From a virus (lineage: Duplodnaviria > Caudoviricetes): a stretch of DNA of 27,768 nt. The notes under the pieces are model-generated. The model did not search any database, was not told the DNA's origin, and was given only the letters and a program-made list of their open reading frames with translations. The position numbers were made by a program, and so were the translations under genes. The stretch is from positions 1 to 27,768 of IMG/VR virus record IMGVR_UViG_3300038675_000378; one strand, 5' to 3'. Positions 1 to 6,859 of the stretch are shown here, piece by piece. Within the stretch, counting starts at the first letter, position 1. Every line of letters starts with the position of its first letter.

Positions 1-110
1 GTTGGGACTCCGCATTGCGACTCGCATTGGGACTCTCGTTGGGACTCCGCATTGCGACTCGCATTGGGACTCTCGTTGGGACTCCGCATTGCCGAGCGCG
101 TTGGGACTCT
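1..110. repeat. 37-bp tandem repeat (about 2.5 copies plus a final sub-unit) built from TTG(G/C)GACTC sub-units
   Basis: GTTGGGACTCCGCATTGCGACTCGCATTGGGACTCTC at 1-37 and 38-74, partial 75-92; GACTC at 6,19,31,43,56,68,80,105; may extend beyond the window start. Confidence 0.95.
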
Positions 111-116
111 AAAAAG

Positions 117-125
117 TTATCCACA
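117..125 (+). promoter_or_regulatory. Perfect DnaA box TTATCCACA followed by an AT-rich tract
   Basis: Exact consensus match, within the short inverted repeat AAGTT...AACTT (114-129), next to the T-rich run at 128-146. Confidence 0.55.
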
Positions 126-144
126 ACTTATTTTATTTTTTCAT

Positions 145-173
145 TTGACAGTCTAGTGGCACTAGTATAAAAC
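145..173 (+). promoter_or_regulatory. sigma70-type early promoter
   Basis: TTGACA at 145-150; TAAAAC at 17-bp spacing (TATAAA at 15); dyad CTAGT-GGC-ACTAG in the spacer; upstream AT-rich UP-like element. Confidence 0.7.
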
Positions 174-230
174 GATACTTGTCTAATGACGTTATATGAA
201 AAACAACAACCAGAAACACAGGAGAAAGCA

Positions 231-1352
231 ATGAATACCTTGTATCAAGCGAATCAACAATGGATGAGCCGACCGGACGACGAGCGGTTTTTATCACTCA
301 ACCATCTCTTGAATAAAGTTCAAGACGAGAAGGCTCGTTCCTTCACCACGGTGTCCGATCCAGCAAACTTTTCTATCCTTCCGAAAGAGGAAGACCCGAA
401 AGCCTTGACAATCAAATTGGCCGATGATTCTAACCACGAACTGAGCATGACGAACTGGGCGTTCGGTCAGGTTGCCGCTCTCGCTAAAGCGCCTGTAGGC
501 TATCTTCGCTCCCTTCCGGCACCCCTCGTGGCGGACTGCATGAACTACGGCCTCCGGTTCAATCGTGAGAGGGCTGACGTGGGCCTTCTGGCGCACCGGA
601 CATCGGAGTTCCCTGCTGGCGGCGCAAAGACCTTCGAGCTTCGTGCCGCGACCGGGCCGCGCTACGGGCGCATCTGGAACGCCGACATCGTTTCCGCGCT
701 CGTCCGTCGTTTCGGTGATGGGGTTACGGGGGACTGGAAAGTGCCGGGGGTCAGAGGGACAGAGGTTCCCGTGACGCACGACACGACGACGATCTTTGGA
801 AGTGACCGCGATATGTTCGTGTTCCTTGCCGATGAAAAGAACCGTATCGAAATGCCGAATCGCCGCAACGGGGAACCCGGCTCGTTGGCCCGTGGCTTCT
901 TTGTGTGGAACTCGGAAGTCGGAAGCCAGAGCATCGGCGCGGCGTTCTTTCTTTTTGATTACGCTTGCGCGAACCGGATTGTCTGGGGCGCGGAGCAATT
1001 CAAAGAGATTCGCCTTCGCCACACGGCTTCTGCGCCCGGCAAATGGCTGGACGAGATCACTCCCGTTCTGATCGAATACTCAAACGCGGCGGCGGCTCCG
1101 GTTGAAGCGACGATCCGCGCCGCGCAAGAGAAGAAGTTTGATACCGATCTGGATTCTTTCCTGAGCAAGCGGTTCTCGAAAGGCTTGTCAGAGAACATCA
1201 AGCAAGCGCACGTTCGCGAAGAGGGCCGACCGATTGAGACGCTCTGGGACGTTGTGACGGGCGCAACGGCTTACGCGAAGACGATTGAGCATCAAGATCG
1301 TCGCGTCGAAATGGAACGGGAAGCGGGCCGCATCTTGAGCATGGCGGCGTAA
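231..1352 (+). CDS. DUF932 domain-containing protein
   Basis: Motifs WMSRPDDERFLSL, LRAATGPRYGRIWN, SDRDMFVFLAD, RGFFVWNSEVG; AGGAG RBS before ATG 231 (ORF track start 186). Confidence 0.85.
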   Translation: MNTLYQANQQWMSRPDDERFLSLNHLLNKVQDEKARSFTTVSDPANFSILPKEEDPKALTIKLADDSNHELSMTNWAFGQVAALAKAPVGYLRSLPAPLVADCMNYGLRFNRERADVGLLAHRTSEFPAGGAKTFELRAATGPRYGRIWNADIVSALVRRFGDGVTGDWKVPGVRGTEVPVTHDTTTIFGSDRDMFVFLADEKNRIEMPNRRNGEPGSLARGFFVWNSEVGSQSIGAAFFLFDYACANRIVWGAEQFKEIRLRHTASAPGKWLDEITPVLIEYSNAAAAPVEATIRAAQEKKFDTDLDSFLSKRFSKGLSENIKQAHVREEGRPIETLWDVVTGATAYAKTIEHQDRRVEMEREAGRILSMAA

Positions 1353-1360
1353 CGTGAGAA

Positions 1361-1426
1361 TCCCGTAAGGGAGGGCGCGGCGGCTAAGATCGGTCTGTGT
1401 GGTCATGACTAAGGCCGCCGCGCTTT
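1361..1426 (+). other. Intergenic RNA structure (GNRA hairpin plus long GC stem); possible terminator, attenuator or processing site
   Basis: TCCC-GTAA-GGGA 1361-1372; GCGCGGCGGC 1375-1384 pairs with GCCGCCGCGC 1414-1423, followed by TTT. Confidence 0.55.
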
Positions 1427-1474
1427 ACTAACAGGAGAAGAAAAATGGGGGCTAAATACATAAGGAGAATCGAA

Positions 1475-1750
1475 ATGAGCGATCCTGTGACGAAACAACA
1501 AATCGTAAAGGAAGCGAGACTTGAGGCGGTAAATACCCCATGCCGGGGCTTATATAGGGTAGTCGAAGGGGATTATATAAGGCGCGTTCTGCGTGAGCTA
1601 CTCGACGCGGGCATGGCCTCTCCGACAAAAGACCCCCGTAAACACAGCCTCTACATTCCAGAAAGATTAGAATATCTTAGCGAAAGGCTGGGACAGGAAC
1701 TCCAAGATCGCGGGTACGTTCTGATGGAAAAGGAAGGGAGATTGAAATGA
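1475..1750 (+). CDS. Hypothetical protein
   Basis: ORF with AAGGAG RBS before ATG 1475 (alternative start 1445 also has an RBS); ATGA overlap with next gene. Confidence 0.7.
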   Translation: MSDPVTKQQIVKEARLEAVNTPCRGLYRVVEGDYIRRVLRELLDAGMASPTKDPRKHSLYIPERLEYLSERLGQELQDRGYVLMEKEGRLK

Positions 1751-1992
1751 CACCGATCAAAGCGTTCTTATGGGCTATTCTAATATCCTCCATGCTCACC
1801 CTCATCACGACACCCCTTATTTATTTTAAGGGCGTTGAGCAAGGCGCGGTCAAAGGGGCGGAAGAAAAGCAAGCGGAGATGGAAAAGCTCGCCGTCTCCT
1901 ATAATTGCGGAGCCTATGAAAAAGGAACCGTCGTGTTCAAGTGGGTCGATCTGCCCGGCTTGAACATCATCAAACAAGCCGGACAAAAGTGA
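1747..1992 (+). CDS. Hypothetical membrane-anchored protein
   Basis: N-terminal hydrophobic helix AFLWAILISSMLTLITTPLIYF; coupled to upstream gene. Confidence 0.7.
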   Translation: MTPIKAFLWAILISSMLTLITTPLIYFKGVEQGAVKGAEEKQAEMEKLAVSYNCGAYEKGTVVFKWVDLPGLNIIKQAGQK

Positions 1993-2005
1993 GGGAGAAT
2001 CGAAA

Positions 2006-2428
2006 ATGCCGAAAATAGCGATACACCGAGATCAACTTTTCCAATCGAACGGCTATCGTTCGTTCAGGAAAGGCGGCATCTACAGCGATCCGAGAATCCA
2101 ACAGAACAACGGTCGGGATTTCCTCGTGATCTCGTCGGACAAAGGTGATCTCACTTTTTTGGAGAACTACCTCTCCAACAAAAATCCGAGGTATCCTTGT
2201 GAAGCCTACAACGGATACACCACGGGGCGCGACAAACACGGCGCACCGATGATCGGCCTCTACTGGATTCACGAAGACATGGAACAATCGAAGAGAGCGA
2301 TCATCGTTTGCAACAACGGATCGGAAGAATCGGTTCTTGAACTGGTCGATCAGTTCTGCGAAGAATCATCGGTGGTCGATCAGTCGGAACAACAACCAAC
2401 AAGCAACGCGGGGAGGTATTTCCCGTAA
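2006..2428 (+). CDS. Hypothetical protein
   Basis: 140-aa ORF with GGGAG RBS, in operon. Confidence 0.75.
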   Translation: MPKIAIHRDQLFQSNGYRSFRKGGIYSDPRIQQNNGRDFLVISSDKGDLTFLENYLSNKNPRYPCEAYNGYTTGRDKHGAPMIGLYWIHEDMEQSKRAIIVCNNGSEESVLELVDQFCEESSVVDQSEQQPTSNAGRYFP

Positions 2429-2440
2429 GAGGACGGAACG

Positions 2441-2659
2441 ATGCAAGAAGGAATCAGACTCTATCTCGCAAAGGAACTCGGCCTCGACGGTTCGTTTTTC
2501 ATAGATGAAGACGGTTCCCGTGTTTACTTCGATTTCATCGAGGTTGAGTGGTATAACGGGATCAAACTTATTAAGAATGTCTGTGAAATAGCCTTTCCCG
2601 ATAAGCTTTACGCCGATGAAGCCAGCTACCGAAGGGGCGTTCCGATCATTATGCAATGA
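2441..2659 (+). CDS. Hypothetical protein
   Basis: 72-aa ORF with GAGGA RBS. Confidence 0.65.
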   Translation: MQEGIRLYLAKELGLDGSFFIDEDGSRVYFDFIEVEWYNGIKLIKNVCEIAFPDKLYADEASYRRGVPIIMQ

Positions 2660-2662
2660 TGC

Positions 2663-2692
2663 TTGACAAGACAACCGAAAGTTGACTATAAC
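2663..2692 (+). promoter_or_regulatory. sigma70-type promoter
   Basis: TTGACA (2663-2668)-N18-TATAAC (2687-2692) in the gap before GTG 2720; dyad CAAC-CGAAA-GTTG in the spacer; GAATC at 2694. Confidence 0.6.
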
Positions 2693-2719
2693 CGAATCAC
2701 CGAGAGAGGGAGAACTACC

Positions 2720-3058
2720 GTGGAAAACACCGTTATCAAGAATCTCAGTAAAACCGTTGACGACATTCGCGGCCCTGCGTTCTTTGAGTTGAGCCAAGCT
2801 TTCCTCACGGAATATCTGTCGTGGTCTGATCGCCGCTACGGAGGCATTGAAGCCAAGGGGCCGAATCCCTTCCTCCAAACACTAGAACCCGTCATAGAGG
2901 GAATCCGGTCGATGCCCAGAAGCATAGACGGATACGCCGACGCGATGTTCCTATTCCTTGAAGCTCTCCGGCGTTCGGGCTACGGTTGCGCGGAACTCGA
3001 AGATGCGATGCGCCGTCGTTTCGATTTTTACAAAAACAGGGAGAATAAAAATGGCTAA
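2720..3058 (+). CDS. DUF550-like (MazG-fold dATP/dGTP pyrophosphohydrolase) protein, catalytic residues degenerate
   Basis: WSDRRYG..GP..L....YADAMFLFLEALRRSG....LEDAM......KNRE follows the DUF550 pattern (WSxxTFG..GP..L..EWADxxFLLxDAxRRAG); GTG start after GAGAGGGAG. Confidence 0.6.
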   Translation: MENTVIKNLSKTVDDIRGPAFFELSQAFLTEYLSWSDRRYGGIEAKGPNPFLQTLEPVIEGIRSMPRSIDGYADAMFLFLEALRRSGYGCAELEDAMRRRFDFYKNRENKNG

Positions 3059-3428
3059 GAAAGCCAAGCCGCAGATTCCACGCCTATCCCAAGACGATCT
3101 TCTCGGCTATGGAGACGACGACGTTCCTACCGCGAGAGGAAAGAAGACCACAAAGAGGGACAACGGCGGGCCTGGCGAGACGACCGAATCGGCCCGTCTT
3201 TTGACGGATTATGTTGAACGGCTTGCGCGGATCGAAGACGACCTGTTAGCCCTTCGTGAAGACCGCAAGGACGTGATCGCGGAGGCCAAGGGCCGAGGGT
3301 TCGACCCGAAAGCCCTGAAAGCTGCCGTGAAGCTTCACAGGGATCGAGAGGCCAAAGAGGCGCACGAGGAGTTCGAGACGCTACTCGACCTCTATCTGAC
3401 AACGCTCGACAACGGGCGAGATGATTAA
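3051..3428 (+). CDS. gapR: GapR-like (DUF2312) nucleoid-associated DNA-binding protein
   Basis: LTDYVERLARIEDD...DRKDVIAEAKGRGFDPKALKAAVKL...EEFETLLDLYLTTL; GGGAG RBS before ATG 3051. Confidence 0.9.
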   Translation: MAKKAKPQIPRLSQDDLLGYGDDDVPTARGKKTTKRDNGGPGETTESARLLTDYVERLARIEDDLLALREDRKDVIAEAKGRGFDPKALKAAVKLHRDREAKEAHEEFETLLDLYLTTLDNGRDD

Positions 3429-3443
3429 CCGAGGGAGAAAGAA

Positions 3444-3713
3444 ATGCCAGCCAGCAAACTCATCGAAAAAGCCGTGGAGACGGAGGACGTTTATCTGCGC
3501 GGGGAAATGGTCGGTATCCAAAAAGGGTATGACGATGTTGTCGCGCTTCTCGAATCCATGATGGAGCACGAAAGGCTTGGGCCGCAAAGCTTTTCCTCTG
3601 ACGGGAAAATCATCAAGGCGGTCTTGTCCGACGTGAAAGAATCCATCCAAGCGAAACGGAAGACGGTGCCATTCTGGAGTCGGTATATCCGTTTGAACAA
3701 ATCGGGAGTTTGA
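3444..3713 (+). CDS. Hypothetical protein
   Basis: 89-aa ORF with GAGGGAG RBS. Confidence 0.7.
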   Translation: MPASKLIEKAVETEDVYLRGEMVGIQKGYDDVVALLESMMEHERLGPQSFSSDGKIIKAVLSDVKESIQAKRKTVPFWSRYIRLNKSGV

Positions 3714-3714
3714 A

Positions 3715-3882
3715 GTGTCTGCAAAAAATCGCGCACTCGTCAGCGAGATGATACGCCTTCTGCTCGAAGCGAAGAACGACCTGTCGGAGCTTGCGATTGA
3801 ACGACTCTACACGCAAGTCAATTCCGAGTGCTATATCGCGCTCGATAAGGCAGGGAAAAAGGGAAGTAGGAAGAATGGCTGA
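3715..3882 (+). CDS. Small hypothetical protein (55 aa, not in ORF track)
   Basis: GTG 3715 after GGGAG; MSAKNRALVSEMIRLLLEAKNDLSEL...; fills the gap and overlaps the start of the next gene. Confidence 0.6.
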   Translation: MSAKNRALVSEMIRLLLEAKNDLSELAIERLYTQVNSECYIALDKAGKKGSRKNG

Positions 3883-4528
3883 TCTCATCAAAACGGGGCC
3901 ATTTAAGGGTTTAAAGAAAAAACACTACAAGGTCATTCTTGCCGATCCGCCGTGGGCTTTTACGACGCGCTCGGACAAGGGGAAAGAACGCAGCGCGGAT
4001 ATGCACTACGCCACGATGTCTCTCCAAAGAATTATGGCTCTCCCTGTGCAACTTCTTGCGGCAAAAGATTGCGTCGTGTTCCTCTGGATAACCGATCCTA
4101 TGCTTTTTGTCGGCATGAACCTCCTCGAAGCGTGGGGCTTTAAGTTCAAAACGGTCGGCTTCTATTGGATGAAGGTCAACAAGGACGGAAAGACTCCGTT
4201 CACGGGAATGGGATTCTGGACACGGGCTAATCCTGAACAAGTCCTTACGAATCTCGATCCAGAAAAAGCTCTTGCCGAAAAAGAGGGGACGCAACTTCTT
4301 CTCGGAACAACGGGACACCCGAAACGCCAAGCCGCGAACGTGCCGAAGCTGATCGTCGCGCCGAGAAGAGAGCATAGCCGAAAGCCCGATGAAATCTACG
4401 AACGTATCGAAGCCCTCGTGGATGGCCCGTACCTCGAATTGTTCTCTCGAACGAAACGCAACGGTTGGGACGCATGGGGGAATGAAGTCGGGAAGTTTGA
4501 AACTGTCGATCTCAACGATCTTATGTGA
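3875..4528 (+). CDS. MT-A70 family N6-adenine DNA methyltransferase
   Basis: VILADPPW catalytic motif, HYATMS, FLW, WGFKFKT, REHSRKPDE, YLELFSR, GWDAWGNE. Confidence 0.92.
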   Translation: MADLIKTGPFKGLKKKHYKVILADPPWAFTTRSDKGKERSADMHYATMSLQRIMALPVQLLAAKDCVVFLWITDPMLFVGMNLLEAWGFKFKTVGFYWMKVNKDGKTPFTGMGFWTRANPEQVLTNLDPEKALAEKEGTQLLLGTTGHPKRQAANVPKLIVAPRREHSRKPDEIYERIEALVDGPYLELFSRTKRNGWDAWGNEVGKFETVDLNDLM

Positions 4529-4540
4529 AGGAGAAACGCC

Positions 4541-4732
4541 ATGACGTGCATACCGGAAACAGTTTTGAGGAACGCGGAGTTTTCCGCGCACATCGACGCG
4601 CTTCGCCGTCGGTGCTTTCGCGTAAAGGTCGAAGAAATCCGCTACCAAGTTTTATGCGAGGTCATGGATAGCCTCGAAGGGAATACCGAAGCTCTCGATA
4701 CCGTAAACGAGCTTTTCTATGAACGGGCTTGA
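4541..4732 (+). CDS. Hypothetical protein
   Basis: 63-aa ORF, AAGGAG RBS. Confidence 0.65.
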   Translation: MTCIPETVLRNAEFSAHIDALRRRCFRVKVEEIRYQVLCEVMDSLEGNTEALDTVNELFYERA

Positions 4733-4812
4733 TTTTGCGTGGTTCATGTTCCGTCTCGGTTGGCGGTTCGGTGCGGAGACAACGATAGCTATGATGGAAG
4801 GGGACATCATTA

Positions 4813-5121
4813 GTGAAAAGCAGAATAGACGACGAAACGAGAAAGGCGGCAAAGAGGCTGTTCCGATTCCTCCTTCGTATTTTGAATGAATCCCCATCGC
4901 GGGAACGGGATGATCGGGCAATCGCGGGCATCGCGGAGTTCCTTCATCAACAACATCGCATAGGGGCGAAAAGTTCTGTGGAGTTTGCGAACAACCTTTT
5001 AGAGACGTACGGGAGAGAAAGAGCGGCAGCGCGGTTTAAGTCTTTCCTAGAGGCGGCTGAATCAGATGTGGTTCTTGGGGCAAAGAACTTACCGAGAGAT
5101 GAAAGGATGGAGTTGCTGTAA
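4813..5121 (+). CDS. Hypothetical protein
   Basis: 102-aa helical ORF, GTG start, TAATG overlap with next gene. Confidence 0.65.
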   Translation: MKSRIDDETRKAAKRLFRFLLRILNESPSRERDDRAIAGIAEFLHQQHRIGAKSSVEFANNLLETYGRERAAARFKSFLEAAESDVVLGAKNLPRDERMELL

Positions 5122-5327
5122 TGGGTGACGTTGTGGACATGAAACAGGTTCAACGGGACTTGGCGAAAATCGAACGCTATGCCCGGATTGTTTCGGGAGA
5201 AGAAAACCCGATCTATCTTGTTTCGTTCAACGATAACCCGGAAAAACGTCGTCCGATGATCTTTGTCGTCTTGGTCGCTCTTTCGATATGGACGCTCATC
5301 TTTTTACTTTTATGGGGGATAAAATGA
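5121..5327 (+). CDS. Hypothetical protein with C-terminal transmembrane helix
   Basis: MIFVVLVALSIWTLIFLLLWG; coupled on both sides. Confidence 0.7.
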   Translation: MGDVVDMKQVQRDLAKIERYARIVSGEENPIYLVSFNDNPEKRRPMIFVVLVALSIWTLIFLLLWGIK

Positions 5328-5515
5328 GTGTTTGGAAGAGTTCTAAAAAGACGTGCTTTTGTCACACTTGCATGAAGGCCTTTCATGCAGGGGGTATTAA
5401 CAGGCATAGGGCCATGCACCGTGATCGGAAAGAAGATTGCGTCATAACGTACACGAACGGGGATACCTATCGGCATCGCATTATTTCTGTGAAAGAAAGG
5501 ATACTGGAAAAATGA
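5324..5515 (+). CDS. Small C2H2-type zinc-finger protein
   Basis: CHTC-MKA-F-HAGG-I-NR-H-RAM-H; ATGA overlaps at both ends. Confidence 0.65.
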   Translation: MSVWKSSKKTCFCHTCMKAFHAGGINRHRAMHRDRKEDCVITYTNGDTYRHRIISVKERILEK

Positions 5516-5745
5516 CTGGACGGAATCTCACACAAGTTGGCCCGAGGAAAAAATTAACGGCGCTTTCCCTTTTTTCCGGGGGAGGCGGACTCGACTTAGG
5601 TTTTTCCGCAGCAGGTTTTAAGATCGGTTGCTCAACGGATATAGACCCAATTTCCTGTCAAACCTTAACTCTCAATAAACAAAAAAAATCTTTTTACGAG
5701 CCGGGCAGATCAATCGTTGCCGACGCGGGAACTTGGAAATCGTGA
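5512..5745 (+). pseudogene. Truncated C5-cytosine DNA methyltransferase (N-terminal SAM-binding motifs only)
   Basis: LSLFSGGGGLDLGFSAAGF (motif I), DID, IVAD, then a stop; no PC catalytic motif seen downstream. Confidence 0.8.
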
Positions 5746-5794
5746 CGCACGAAGAAAACCAAAAGAGGAAAGTAACTCGAAAGGAAACGAGACA

Positions 5795-6022
5795 ATGTTT
5801 GAAGACCGCATAAAGGAATTAAACGCTCGTGGGTTTTTCATGAACCTGCTGCAACTCACTCCCGATTGTTGGTGCTGCACAGTTCGAGAGGGCACGGGGG
5901 GCTACCCCTATCGAAGTGTGCAAGGAGAAACGGCTGTTGAGGCTCTCGATAAAGCGATCCTTATGCTGGACGAGAAAAAGGCGGAAAAAGAGGCCGAGAT
6001 CGACTTGGATGATCTGCTATGA
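5795..6022 (+). CDS. Hypothetical protein with acidic C-terminal tail
   Basis: ATG 5795 after AAGGA; ends EIDLDDLL. Confidence 0.7.
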   Translation: MFEDRIKELNARGFFMNLLQLTPDCWCCTVREGTGGYPYRSVQGETAVEALDKAILMLDEKKAEKEAEIDLDDLL

Positions 6023-6396
6023 AAACATCTCTCGGTTTACCTCCTTCCGTGATAGGGAAGCAGATAGCGACGGTCGTTATCCGAAACTACGCGGCAAGCT
6101 CTTTTCTCTATTATCGTTGTGATTGGAGTCCTATATCGGATGGAGAATACGACGCTCTTTGCAAATGGATTCTCGAAAACTACGAGTGGATCAAGCCGCA
6201 TGATATTAGCGGTTATCTTTCGAAAGAGAGTTTGCGTTGCGGAACGGGATTCGACATTGCCGATAAAGTTTGTGGGCAAACGAAGGAGTACGCGGAAGCC
6301 CTTTATAAACTAGCCCACAAAAAAGAGCCGAAGGTGACAAAGGCTAAAAGACGCGAAGACGAATCTGACGAGATCGACATGGAGGACTTACTGTGA
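6019..6396 (+). CDS. Stand-alone NAD+-dependent DNA ligase subdomain Ia-like protein
   Basis: LYYRCDWSPISDGEYDAL resembles LigA Ia YY..D.P.ISD.EYD.L; no KxDG adenylation domain. Confidence 0.75.
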   Translation: MKTSLGLPPSVIGKQIATVVIRNYAASSFLYYRCDWSPISDGEYDALCKWILENYEWIKPHDISGYLSKESLRCGTGFDIADKVCGQTKEYAEALYKLAHKKEPKVTKAKRREDESDEIDMEDLL

Positions 6397-6599
6397 CCGG
6401 AATGACGAAGATCGCGGAAACCGCGCTTAATATGCTGAAAGAAGGAAACGTGGATGATTCTGCCTCAAATCTGGGAATGGCGATCTTTCACCTTCGTCGG
6501 TATCTGTTTGCCCTCAGCGAAGCGGGCGCAGGGAACAGAACCGTAGATTCTCTGTTAGAAGAAACCGTGGACCCAACACCGATAAAGAGGGCTTCGTAA
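6393..6599 (+). CDS. Hypothetical protein
   Basis: 68-aa ORF, GTGA overlap, GGAGG RBS. Confidence 0.65.
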   Translation: MTGMTKIAETALNMLKEGNVDDSASNLGMAIFHLRRYLFALSEAGAGNRTVDSLLEETVDPTPIKRAS

Positions 6600-6859
6600 T
6601 GGAAAAAGAAAACCTCGCTCCTTTTTGCCTTCCTGCCGCACGAGCCGGAGCACCCGTTGTCCTCGTATGGCCTATCCCAACAAACGGAACCTCCCTGATT
6701 GGAGAACTCTTCGTTTCCACAAAAAACAAAGCGCATATTATCGCGGTGACAACAAACGGGGTCATGGCGTTTTTTGATTCAAAAACAGGCGAAGGGGAAA
6801 CCCAAGGCGGAACCCCCGTTACCCTTCGAATGCTAACCCCCACAGGAGATTCGAAATGA
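6599..6859 (+). CDS. Hypothetical protein
   Basis: 86-aa ORF coupled on both sides. Confidence 0.65.
   Translation: MEKENLAPFCLPAARAGAPVVLVWPIPTNGTSLIGELFVSTKNKAHIIAVTTNGVMAFFDSKTGEGETQGGTPVTLRMLTPTGDSK

Noticed and set aside
1-110. CRISPR array
   Set aside because: Units are directly tandem with no unique spacers, and there are no cas genes
294-1022. 242-aa antisense ORF
   Set aside because: Shadow of the DUF932 gene; no motifs and against local gene orientation
3911-4648. 245-aa antisense ORF
   Set aside because: Shadow of the MT-A70 gene; no recognisable features
4719-4889. Possible 56-aa ORF MNGLDFAWFMFRLGW...
   Set aside because: No clear RBS and a long overlap with 4813-5121; cannot be supported
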